A stretch of DNA of 64,000 nucleotides from Pecten maximus (lineage: Eukaryota): NCBI RefSeq assembly GCF_902652985.1, contig NC_047017.1, positions 3,906,001 to 3,970,000 of the forward strand, read 5' to 3'. A program made the position numbers and the translations under genes. Shown here one piece after another: positions 28,778-41,394 of this stretch. The notes beneath the pieces were generated by a model that did not search any database, was not told the DNA's origin, and saw nothing but the letters and a program-made list of their open reading frames with translations. How positions within the stretch are numbered: position 1 is the stretch's first letter; each line of letters begins with the position of its first letter.

Positions 28778-31700
28778 AAGAACAAAATTATTGACCCCTC
28801 AAGTAATATTTTTATTACCGAAGACATAATTAAATATTCTGAAATCCGTCACTATTTCTAAAGCACATACGTTGTTAAGGTACGGTGTCGAGCAGAAAAA
28901 GAAATATTTTTTACAAACGTTATATTTTTGACAGGCACACCAATGTATTGTAACCATTTAATTACATGCATTAATATGACAATTAGTTCAGTTCTATCTT
29001 TACAGAAAATTGCAAGATAATAACAATCCTAAATAATATTGAAATATCTAAGCCATTATTTCCATCACCTTTTTTTCTTAATTATCCACTGTTATGAAAC
29101 GGGATACAGTTTTGCTGCTTTTCTCCTTTATACATCATCGCTTCCAGCTTGTATTCCGATAGTCGCCATTTTTTTTTTCGTGCTGTCAAGCTTTTTTCTA
29201 ACCCAGATCAACGTTCCTCACGGACGGTTGTAGGCTACGCCATACGCGTGTTGGTTTCTCTTACTAGGGCCATGTCCTTGACGCCACGTGCTCGGTCGGG
29301 TGTACTCTTGTGACTTTGCGAGACTACTGTTTTCCGCTCTCTGTCTCTTCCTCCGGTTATCGCTGAAACAATAGACGTGTTTCTTTTCCATTTGGAACGA
29401 ATAAAAGTTATAAAATTTGTTTATTTACTCGAAACCTTACATATCTGTCCATCAACATGAAGAGTTAACATTTCACTTATCAAAACATCTTTGAGAAATA
29501 ATCAATGCTAATTTCGTTTTTAACAAAATTGTGTATATCTTCTTAACTGCAGCACAGTGTCACACCGAGAAGACATAATTGGCTGTAACGTTAAGACCAG
29601 TTCTGGGTATATTTGGCTGCAATCATCAAATACATTCCTCATTTGGAATCAAATCAGACATTTCTTGTCAGGCAACCACTTTTTATCTATTACAACGATA
29701 TTTGAAATGTAAAAATTAATCTGTTGGGAATAACAGCCACGTCACGGCATTTTTCAACCGCCAAGTAGAGATATATTTAAAATTCCAATCCTAACCGGGC
29801 CCCGGTATTTTTATTCAATAACTACAAAGCATTCAGTGTTTGTTTTGACATTTTTCCATTGGCCAAGCAGTGTTGATTGGATCAGAATTATGCCTGTTTT
29901 ATATAGTTTGATAATTGATTTGGTTGAAAGGAGGTGACGTCACACATCACTGATTCGTAAAACACCAATCATTTTACTCCTATCATCAATCTCCGACTTG
30001 TGTCAATGTAAATTAATTAACAAATCTGATTCGACTTTTAAACGAATCCTTGCGAAATCTCATACAATATTTTAAAATAAAAAAAAAAAGATTAAAATTT
30101 CACATCAAACGTTGTGTTTAAAATTCAATTTAAAGAGATTTCAATTTCGACTGTAAGAAATCTCTAGAGGTAATATTCACTTCATATTGAAATGAAGAGG
30201 TACTGTATGCTCTATACCTCAATTTCAAATTTGATGTGATATAAACTTAATGTATATAATTATTTGGATAACCAGTGAATATTCTAATATTTTTACCAAA
30301 AATGAATTCATTTTCTTAAGACAATATTTAAAATTACACGGGATATGACATTCGATAGAATCCCAATTGTATGCCTTCTTACACTAATTACACTGATTTG
30401 ATTGATTCAAACATATTTTATTGTCCAAAATGACAAATGGATGAGAGACAAGTTCTTACAACTTACACCCACTTCTCCATATATACAACATGTGCAATTA
30501 AATCAACATCACGTGATATGCTTTTTTTAAACACATTTTTATTGCTTCAAATATAAGCATGAGGATTGGGCACAAGTTATACAACTTATCAAAGCCCTCT
30601 CCTCTAAACATTATTACAACAATGTGACACAAACAATGGACATTTACATTAATTTTACGATTGACAAATTATAAAAGGAAGACTAAAGTTGGAAAGTAAT
30701 ATGCATTATGCAGATATACAGAAATAATTTTACTAAGTAAACATAACAGATAAAGCATATTGTACGATTACCTGGGATATTCTGTTAAAAATAAGACATC
30801 GTATTATAAATATGATTTTGATTTGTATTAGGATTAAAAAAAAACAACAACAACAACAACAAACGAAAAAAATGTCACGTGAATATCGCATTAGAATCTC
30901 TGTTATGAATATGAAATTGTGATTTGTGTTAGAGCTAAGTTTTTATATATAATGTACCTCGAATCTATCTCAGACTTAATAAAATTTGCTACATTTCACA
31001 TCATACCTGCTCTTTGTGTTATCGCTAAGGCCCAGTTCTCGTTGATATCCCTGTTGTTTCCTGTTTCTCTTCCCTGGTGCTTATTTCGAGATCATGACAT
31101 TTTCAGGATTTGACTCAAATTTATTTCTGCGTTTCGGCACTTCGTAGAACCAAAATTTAAGGATTAAAATTGATCTATTTAACAATAACAATGGCAAAGT
31201 TCATATTCAAAAATATATTCTCAAAAATGCTAAATGAATGAATCTTTACCGCACATCGCCATAGAGATATGGCAGATACATTTCAATTTTATTAAAACGT
31301 CCGCGTTCTTCAAAATGGACATAGGTTCTATATAAAATTAAGATATTTCATGGAGTAACCACGAAGTTTCTCACATAACAATCGATATTTTGTATAGACA
31401 AATATTGTAGCAACTGAATGAAATCGTCACCGAATTGAATAAAAAGATGGCGGGAGTTATGAAAAGAGCAGACGACAGTGCGTCTAGTTGGAACTTGTCG
31501 GTTCATAAATGCACCTGAAACAACCCTGGTGCAAAATATTTTAACAAAATTCTCATAAACTTCATACTTCACAATCAATCGGAGACTTAACTGCGAATAT
31601 ATTGCATATATATAATGCAAATATAATCTATCTCATATAAAGAAAAAAAAATATCACATCAGATTTTGAATTTAGATTCTTCGTTTTTGATAACTTTGTT

Positions 31701-33281
31701 GTCTGAAAAACTGTGCATTCGACTTGTTCATAACAAGATAAGTTCAGAAAATTATTATGTGCATATCATAAAGCTGTCTCTATATTAAGGAGCTCTAGAG
31801 CACCCTTTTACATCAACATCTGAAAATATCTGTATGATAGATCAAATCCCGACCCGATACTTCACATAAGATATGAATATATTCCGAAATGTATCTTCAA
31901 CGTAACACATAGTGTGTGCTTCATGGCGACAGGTATTACCCGTGTTATTCAGATATATATAATTTGCAGATAACGTTAGAGTGAAAGATAAGATTTTTAT
32001 CAAAAGCTTATTTTCCATAATTTCATAGCAGTGGGGGTATCGCTTTTTTATGATTTATGCATATATTACGCGTGTACTGAATGATCCTCGCCGTTAGATG
32101 TTGTGTCGACATCGCTTGTTAGAAGTGTCCCTGCATATGATCTCAAAAAGGAAAATTTGAAATATTCAAGGATCTTATCTGTCTGTCCGCAACATAAATA
32201 TTAAGCAATAACAAATCAGTATAAAACTACCCATGTAAATAGAAGTTACATGCACGTGCGTGTTGTGAATATTGTGTTTCTTTCATTCGAATTATTTGAT
32301 TTCCATTAATCCCGATAATAAACGGGGTTTTTTTGTTTTCTCCTTAAAATTTCAAAATTGCCAACAGTAATCGCATAAATACAAAGATGATCTTCTTAGA
32401 AACTCGCAAGAGGTTCACTATTATGACAAATTCTCAGACATCACTTTATAAGTCTCATATATAATAGATACAGTACGAATGTAAGATTCTGTTTATCACA
32501 TAAGCTAGACTTTTTTTGAAATCATTCATAAAAACAGCATATTCTCAAATTGATAAAACTTTCAACATAGGACGGCATTTCCATTTCCGTAATCGCTCTT
32601 GTGTGACGTCAGAATACATGTTACGTCATTAAATCGAGTCATCATAATTGAAAGTATCCAATAACCTTATCATAGTTCCGAAATCTGTTATCCTGCATGT
32701 TTTCGAAGAACTAACGTCATTGTTTAAAAACAGAGGGTTTTAATCGTGAGAATTTCTTTAAAGTGATGAGTTACCTATACAGTATATACACCTTTTCTTA
32801 TTGTCTCGTCATTGTAAATTCTGAGGGGTCGTCAGTTTGAACTCTTGTGAAACAGCTCAATTGCGATCCTAAATCTACGGGGGAGGATGACGAGGTCCAA
32901 TGCGCCAATATCCAGTCTGGGAGTTTATGGTAAACCATGACCATTGGAAGTGATGGCTGACCATTACTTTCTTGATTTAAGTGTAAGCAGGTATTTTTTA
33001 CTGTTTTCTTGCTGCCTGAATCAAATAATGACATATCCCTTCGTATAATTTGAAAATAATGACCCCTCCCCTCAATTTAAGCATCTCTATGATCGGGATT
33101 TTTCCTCTGTCTCTGAGAAAATGGCTGCAGATATCCAAAATCGCGAAGTATCTGCATGGTACCTGGGACTTCGCAATCCAAATCGGAGGCATCTCTGATG
33201 TACAAATGAAAACTAAAACCAAAAATAATAATAATCGTTGTATAATTATATTTTCGGAAAGATAGAGTTTTATATTTTAAA

Positions 33282-33500
33282 GGGGCCGCGGTGGCAGAGT
33301 GGTTTAGGTGTCCCGACACTTTATCACTAGCCCTCCACCTCTAGGTTGCGAGTTCGAAACCTACGTGGGGCAGTTGCCAGGTACTGACCGTAGGCCGGTG
33401 GTTTTTCTCCGGGTACTCCGGCTTTCCTCCACCTCTAAAACTTGACACGTCCTGAAATGACTCTGGTTGTTAATAGGACCTCAAACAAAAACAAACCACA
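33282..33500 (+). mobile_element. Full-length tRNA-derived SINE
   Basis: A box tggcagagtgg, B box agttcgaaacc, central domain ggtttttctccgggtactccggctttcctcc, and tail gttaataggacc..aaacaaaaacaaac. Near-identical to 49382. Confidence 0.9.
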
Positions 33501-34339
33501 CCAAATAAATATTCTAATTCGTTGTCTGGTTGACTAAAAGCTATCTAAATAGCTTATTTTCAGTAATAACTGTCACAATTTTACTTACTGAATTGAATCT
33601 ATATTTGAATTTCATCGCGCTAGGCTAAAATTTCCTTGTCGAAAACAATTTGATATCGTTTTCTAATGAATACATTATGATAATTAAGACAATTACACTT
33701 ATTAAACCTGGGTTGACTGAGACACACTAATGTGTGCGATAACAATTAATTTATTAACTTCATACTGCTATTTTTAGAAAGAGCAGGTTAATATATTATC
33801 ATTTACCTCACTTTCTGCAGTATACGTAATTCATTTTCCTCTTATTTATTGATAAAAAGAAAATACATATCTCATGTCGCATTCATGGAAAAAGTTTCTT
33901 TCTGACAATATATAACTCTATATACCTGAAAAATGAGTTTAACCTTGAACATTATCTGTGTTTCACGTAAAATTTATCGTGTGCTTATTTTAGAGTACGA
34001 TGCAGAACAAAGAAAAAACAGACTAAGACTGATGATAAAGGGAAGAGAAATATCGTATGAACCTGTCAAAGATAACCTTCATCCAAATTTAACTAAAACG
34101 ATGTTTTACAGTAAATTATCAACATTAAACCCCCCACCCCCCCTTAAACATAATTTTCATTTTATTTTGATATATGACTCAGACACCTGCTGTCATATTT
34201 GTCATGGGAGATTTTACTAAATTTCAACAATAAATATTCTATTTATATTAAAATGACTTGGACATGAAGCTGTTGATGCTTGGCTCAACACGTGCTAGCC
34301 ATAATGAGTCACAAGTTCACTATGAACGTGGAATCCTCT

Positions 34340-35440
34340 ATACGACTTTCAATATCCCGTAGTAATTGTGACATTCTTCTCCCTCGGCTGGCTGAAAGGT
34401 ACCGAGGCTCGAGTTCCCCTCGAGGTAATTCTACTCCGTAAGTCACGGAGAGCGAGGAGGCGATACAAGGTCCCCGTGAATAGTATTCTACAGCGTCAGG
34501 TTGGGATCTAATGCTACACTTACGGGTATAATGACAGTATCGGATGAACTGTCAAGTAATTTATATTCTCGATAATGTAACACTCGTACTTCATGCGAGA
34601 TATGTTAAACCCAGGTTAAGTCCATTGTTAAACAAGATAAAGCACCAGCTGGGGAGATGTAGAGAAAACATAAATTAACCGCTCCATGTAGATTTTTTAC
34701 AAATCGTATTCGGAGTATTATGCATACGTACGACGCCATGACCTGACAAAGTGGCCGGGTGTGTTTAGGGGTCAAATTATTGACAAGTAAAGCGATGTAC
34801 TCCGGATATCAAGGCCCGATTTAGGCCCTAATTTTAGTATGCATTTTGCTCTTCCTGGTTCAATCATACTCAGTTGGTTCGGCCAATAAGCCAACACAAA
34901 CATGTTTTCATAAGCGGAACCATTCTTCTTCGAAAACCCTTGCTGTTTGCTAAGTTTTCGCCCCATGACGAGCCAAGATCATTTCGAGTCAGATTTTTCA
35001 TGTAGTAGCTTGAGGCTACCACAAGTAACAAATACGAAAGGTCTGTTGTATGCTACAACGAGAAGAGTAAGTGTCTTGCCCAATAGCACAACAACAAAAG
35101 TCCAGGACAGTCCGCGATCTAGATATAAACTAGCAAAACTACCACTGGGGTTGTATTTCCGATGCTCTTAAATCCGTATGTCTGTTGTGTTATGTTTAGA
35201 ATACTACTCCTATAAACACGTACCAAAATTGTAATAAATTGTTTCCCAATTTTATACAGAGGTTATGGTCACGTGACCACATTAAAAGTGTCACTCTGAG
35301 ATTACGGCGTTCATAAATTTGATACCATACCTCAAGGTAAATACGTAAACACTTTGTAGGAAGATTGTGCGGAGTGGCGCCCTGGTGGACAGTAGCGATA
35401 CTTGGGTCAGAAACCAGTGTGCATTGTAAGGCGAGAACAA
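34340..35440 (-). mobile_element. Highly decayed DIRS-like retrotransposon tyrosine recombinase remnant
   Basis: Motif fragments in the expected order across frameshifts: DPSIATV, LCQVMA (cf. LCPVRA), FLYIS (cf. LFIS), SHEVRVL at 34584-34595 (cf. AHEVRA), LRDI. Recognised by eye only. Confidence 0.4.
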
Positions 35441-35542
35441 GTCTAGTCTTGATCAACCACACGCTTGATTACTACGCAATCAATGCCACTGTGTGGCATA
35501 GCATGCGCAGTAAAGACGAGTCTGGTTGAACGAAGAATAGAC
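35441..35542. mobile_element. Short fold-back element with CTAGTCT(C)G(T)TCAACCA(G)AC-type ends
   Basis: gtctagtcttgatcaaccacac ... gtctggttgaacgaagaatagac. The right half is homologous to 52261..52310. Confidence 0.6.
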
Positions 35543-35574
35543 GAATTCCAAGTTTTGTAATCAGGGCTTCATCA

Positions 35575-37478
35575 CCGTCGTCATGTGACTTAATCTGTTA
35601 TTTGACCCCATCATCTTAAGACACCATCGTCATATGACCTTAGCTGTTGTATGACTCCATCATCTGCAGACACCGTCGTCATATAACCTTATCTGTTGTG
35701 TGGCCCCATCATATGTAGATACCGTCGTCATATGACCTTAGCGGTTGTGTGGCCCCATCATCTATAGACACCGTCGTCATATGACCTTAGCTGTTGTGTG
35801 GCCCCATCATATGTAGATACCGTCGTCATATGACATTAGCTGTTGTGTGACCCCACCATTTGTTGACACTGTCGTCATATGACATTAGCTGTTATGTGAC
35901 CCCATCATCTATAGACACCGTTGTCATATGACCTTATCTGTTGTGTGACCACATCATCTCAAGACACCGTCGTCATATGACCTTATCTGTTGTGTGACCC
36001 CATCATCTGTAGACACCGTCGTCATATGACCTTAGCTGTTGAGTGTCCCCATCATCTGTAGACACCGCCGTCATATGACCTTAGCTGTTGTGTGACTCCA
36101 TCATCTGTTGACACCGTCGTCATAAGACCTTAGCTGTTGTGTGACCCCATCATCTGTAGACACCGTCGTCATAAGACCTTAGCTGTTGTGTGACCCCATC
36201 ATCTATAGACACCGTCGTCATATGACATTAGCAGTTGTGTGACTCCATCATCTGTTGACACCGTCGTCATATGACCTTAGCTGTTGTGTGACTCCATCAT
36301 CTGTTGACACCGTCGTCATATGACCTTATCTGTTTTGTGACCCCATCATCTGTAGACACCGTCGTCATATGACCTTAGCTGTTGTATGACTCCATCATCT
36401 GTAGACGCCGTCGTCATATGACCTTAGCTGTTGTATGACTCCATCATCTGTAGACACCGTCGTCATAAGACCTTAGCTGTTGTGTGGCCCCATCATCTGT
36501 AGACACCGTCGTCATATGACCTTATCTGTTGTGTGACTCCATCATCTGTAGACACCGTCGTCATATGACCTTAACTGTTGTGTGACCCCATCATCTGTAT
36601 ACACCGTTGTCATGACCTTGGCTGTTGTGTGACCCCATCATCTGTAGACACCGCCGACATGTGACCTTAGCTGTTGTGTGACCCCATCATCTGTAGACAC
36701 CGTCGTCATATGACCTTAGCTGTTGTGTGACCCCATCATCTGTAGACACCGTCGTCATATGACCTTATAGCTGTTGTGTGACCCCATCATCTGTAGACAC
36801 CGTCGTCATATGACGTTAGCTGTTGTGTGACCCCATCATATGTAGACACCGTCGTCATATGACCTTAGCTGTTGAGTGTCCCCATCATCTGTAGACACCG
36901 CCGTCATATGACATTAGCTGTTGTGTGACCCCATCATCTGTAGATACCGTCGTCATATGACCTTAGCTGTTGAGTGTCCCCATCATCTGTAGACACCGTC
37001 GTCATATGACCTTAACTGTTGTGTGACCCCATCATCTGTAGACACCGTCGTCATATGACCTTAGCTGTTGTGTGACCCCATCATCTGTAGATACCGTCGT
37101 CATATGACCTTAGCTGTTGCATGAGTGTCCCCATCATCTGTAGACACCGTCGTCATATGACCTTAACTGTTGTGTGACCCCATCATCTGTATACACCGTT
37201 GTCATGACCTTAGCTGTTGTGTGACCCCATCAACTGTAGACACCGTCGTCATATGACCTTAGCTGTTGAGTGTCCCCATCATCTGTAGACACCGCCGTCA
37301 TATGACCTTAGCTGTTGTGTGACCCCATCATCTGTATACACCGTCGTCATATGGCCTTAGCTGTTGTGTGACCCCATCATCTGTAGACACCGTCGTCATA
37401 TGACCTTAGATGTTGTGTGACCCCATCATCTGTAGACACCGTCGTCATATGACCTTAGCTGTTGTGTGACCCCACCAT
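35575..37478. repeat. 49-bp tandem repeat, about 39 units
   Basis: Unit gtcgtcatatgaccttagctgttgtgtgaccccatcatctgtagacacc. Confidence 0.97.
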
Positions 37479-38606
37479 ATCTTGTCACCTTCGTCATAAG
37501 ACGTAACATCAGAGGTTTGTTCAGCCTTTCTATAATAATTAAAAGTTCGTAATTGTTTTCGAAACATTTTTTTCGTTTTGTGTTTACTGACCATTGGCTG
37601 ATGTGTGCCATTTCGTCCTTTCGTCTCAAATGACGACATTTCAAACTGTATGTATATTCCACTTGTATGTACGATTAATATAACCAAAAAACAACTTTTA
37701 AAATAAAGAAAAAATAAGTAAGTAGGTATTTTTGGCTCTGGCACATATATGCATAAGTTCATCTATTGTAATACACACATCCATAGCAATCTATATACAT
37801 GTATTATTTCGAAGATAATTCTCCTCTAATGCCATTTGTGTTATATGCAGTTCGTCTCAGTGTCGGAGGGGAGGTAACTCGAACGACACCCGCGTGGTTC
37901 CAATTTTTTTGAGTCACCACAAATGTTGGCCATTGTTCTAATGATGACACCAGGCAGACTCCGAATGACACATTATCCCCGGGAGACAATGTACCAGGCA
38001 TTTTACAAATTACTTTAATTACATAGGGTAGGCAGAGAGAAAATCTTGCGGCCCAAATAAACATCGTTACCAAATTGCTGGCTCCTGGTGAACCTTAAGC
38101 TAACGACCCTTCGTTGACTGATAACGTATCTCTTTCTTAATTAAATTGAGGCTAAAGACAACCGAGAGATGTCGTCTGGCACCTGCTTAATCAGGGCCGA
38201 TAATCTGCCGATAGGGGTCGTAATCATAGCGGTGACGGTCACGCGACCCGCCCAGGAAATCGGCAGTTAGTTACATTTCTTTCTTTGCTTGATCTTTATC
38301 TGAATTCTCTACAATTTTCCCCTGTTCACCTGTCAACTTTAACAAATTAAATCAATTTCTTGAATTCAAAATTGCATTGTTCGTTAAAATAGTGGAAAAG
38401 ACAGACTTCCTTGGCATATTAACGCCACGGAAAAGCTTTAATAGTCTTTATACCAGGTTAAATAAATCTTTTTAATTAAGAATACGAAATATCGGGACTG
38501 GACCGGATCATCTGTTGGTAGTGACCAAACGGAATCTGCCATGTATTTCTAGTCAGTACAACACAGCATATTAATTAATACAAGCCATATTTATTGTACC
38601 ATAAAA

Positions 38607-38720
38607 ATCACAGGGGCTTGGCAAACAGCTTAATTTAAAACCCAAGGGTCCGTTTATACCTGTACAATATACATATACATACGGACCCTTGGGTTTTAAT
38701 TTGTGTCAAGTCCCTGTGAT
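38607..38720. mobile_element. Short fold-back (palindromic) element
   Basis: Outer arms atcacaggggcttggca/tgtcaagtccctgtgat and perfect inner arms ttaaaacccaagggtccgt/acggacccttgggttttaa. Confidence 0.75.
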
Positions 38721-40714
38721 ATAAATTTGACTCAAAGACACAGCATTTGTTAAATTGTATTTATTTCAACTTGTATCATATCTTAGTAATTGTTTTAAGA
38801 AAGATTCCTTATTCATAGCATTGGTTAAATTATATTTATTTCAACTTGTAGCATATCTTAGTTATTGTTTTAAGAGCAGATTCCTTATTTTATTATTATA
38901 TTATAATTTTAACAATATTATTCCCTGTGTGAGATCATCGATAGTTGTACAGACTGCTTACAGTATGATTATACAAGTATGATTATCGCTTCATATTTAA
39001 TACATGTACATTTTAAGTGTCCAGATCATGATTTATAGCTGAAAATTGGTTAAAAAAAATAGTTTGATTTACGGCCAAATTGTATTATTAATTATTACTC
39101 TTTGATCTCATTCATAGTTATCTAACTATGTTAAACAGATATAAGAACCAAGGGGGACGGACCTGCCATTATGGACATTAAAATTATATACTACAGAAGA
39201 TAATTACTTATTCTTTTGTTTGTTTTTACGCTATCAAATTACCATGTACATTTTGTAATTATATCAATATGTAATGAAATGTTTAATTGTATATTGTAAA
39301 GAAATCGTGACCTCGGACTGACCTTGACCCGCCAATGGCCCCGAATAAGTAAATCAATTATTTGAACTGAATGACTGGTACTTTATGACTGTATATACAT
39401 GCGTTGCGAGTAATATGAGATATATATACAAAAACTCAATTTGCATATATCCTTTGTCAACTTGGAACTAGTACATTTATAAGTAACTGTACTTTATTTA
39501 GTCAGAGTTTAAAAAGAATAAAAAAAACATGCTTATCAAGAAATATTGATCTCTGGAAATGAAGTTGACAGGAATACGGGATTATAACATATTTGATAGG
39601 GGCCAAATTCTGGGATTTTAATTAACTTTATAATCTTTAGAAGCTCATAATTACCATATTAGTCTTATACGTATGTGCTACACTTTAAGGCAACAATTGA
39701 AAAATGAAAGCAGAAAGTCTAGGGGATTTTGGACTTAAACATACTCTTCACAAATATGGAAACTCAATTGGATTTATCGAAAATATAGTTCAGTAGTATT
39801 CGCAATCAAATGATGCTCCACAAAAATCTAACAAATACGATCACATGAAGGGAAGTAATGAGAGGGAGACTACTCCAGAAAACTATTTTAAGCAATGTTT
39901 TTTTTTTTTTTTTTAATTTTTTTTTTTAATATTTCAATCATTTTAATGTTACATGGCTTAATATCTTTACATACATTTAGCTTGATATGTCACTCGTATC
40001 ATATAAATCGCTTCTTTCCTCTGTTTCCTCTAAATAGTTAAAGAAACAAAACACAACACACGTACATCTCAAACAATATTGAAAGAAAAGAAAATGCATC
40101 CAGGCTTACAGGCTCATGATGAACACTTACATAGTTATACACACACACACTCACCCTCACACCGACAGACACACACATACTAGTATTATAATAGTAACGC
40201 TTATAATTAATTTTTGAAAATGATTTTCTAATTTAAAACATGTTTTATGTACAATTTTACTGGTTTTAAATGGGATTCTTTTTCTCAAAATCAATACGCA
40301 ACGTCAATTGTCGTATTGTGACGTCAAAAAATCATGGAGAAAATATTACAAATTGTATTTTTGTAAAATGGTAACAATGTCGGTAACAAAACCTCTGCTA
40401 AAGTGAGACAGATTGAATTCTAAAAGACTCAATCGTCCCTCATATCCCAGAGAAAAGATTCCATCATTTTGGAATATAACCGTGTTAAGCAATGTTGTGA
40501 ACTGAGAATACTTGATGACTTACAGTTTTATATATGAAAGCATATATTGTTCCGAATGAATCTAGAACCTATAAAGAATTAATGTTTTATAGAAAGGAAT
40601 CATTACACGTTTGACACATATTTCCCAGTGCCATGATTTCAGACTTTTATTCCGAAATGATTAAATGATGGTTGCCGCAATATACCGATCGGCTAGAGAA
40701 ATCTCTTTAATATC

Positions 40715-40782
40715 TTGATCGGTCGAGAGAACGACTAGCAAGTCTGATGTATCGGGTTCGATCCCTAGCGGAGGGGGTGATT
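40715..40782 (+). mobile_element. tRNA-like head fragment (SINE-derived)
   Basis: B box gggttcgatccc with a decayed 5' half. Confidence 0.4.
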
Positions 40783-41009
40783 TGAATTTAATTATGCGCT
40801 CATCTCTCGATCATATACACTACATATCGTAGAAAATAGTGTACGTTTTGTTTTATTTAAATGTGTTCGATCCATGTGATCGGAGTGTAATTGTATCTAT
40901 CTAATCTTTGGGCGGGACAGGAACGTGACATGAACTCAAACAGTGCGTCCACAAAACTTATCAGGACAGTGTAAAATGTCGAACACTCATTTACCCTCAT
41001 TTATTCGTC

Positions 41010-41392
41010 ATTAGCTACTTATATTGCTTTTCTTATTCGTGTTCGTCCGTCGTCGTCCGTCGTCCGTCGATCGTCGTCGTTATTCGTTTACATCTTTGCA
41101 TTTTCAGGAGCCAATATTAATGAAATTTTGCATAAACCATTCTAAGACAACGGTCAATCAAAAGTGTAGATTATATGGTCAACCCTCCAGGGACAAAACA
41201 AAAAAGCCAAATAGACTGAAAATTCAAAAATACAATATTCTTCTGTCAGTAACAAGATGTGGCAGAATCAAATACTCTACACGGATATAAGGGAATCTAC
41301 CTTCGTAACCAAAGTTATAAATTTCATGGCACCCAGGGTAGCACGTTCCCCCCGGGAAGGGCTAACTTTCACAATAGCTATATATATAGGAG
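41010..41392 (+). mobile_element. Helentron/HINE-like non-autonomous element remnant
   Basis: ttagct start, a (cgtc/cgt)n microsatellite, then aatgaaattttgcata... and aaatttcatggcacccaggg...gggc boxes resembling bivalve HINE-type elements. Confidence 0.55.
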
Positions 41393-41394
41393 GT

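Noticed and set aside
32798-33265. Cluster of 70-80 aa ORFs
   Set aside because: No domain similarity recognised and no consistent splice structure.
33282-33370. tRNA gene
   Set aside because: A and B boxes are present but there is no proper cloverleaf. It continues into a SINE body and has a second copy at 49382.
35470-35530. Minus-strand peptide ACYATQWH as a DIRS recombinase N-terminal motif
   Set aside because: It falls inside the independent fold-back element 35441..35542, so the match is probably spurious.
35575-37478. CRISPR-like appearance of the 49-bp and 37-bp arrays
   Set aside because: Units are contiguous with no unique spacers, there are no cas genes, and the context is eukaryotic.
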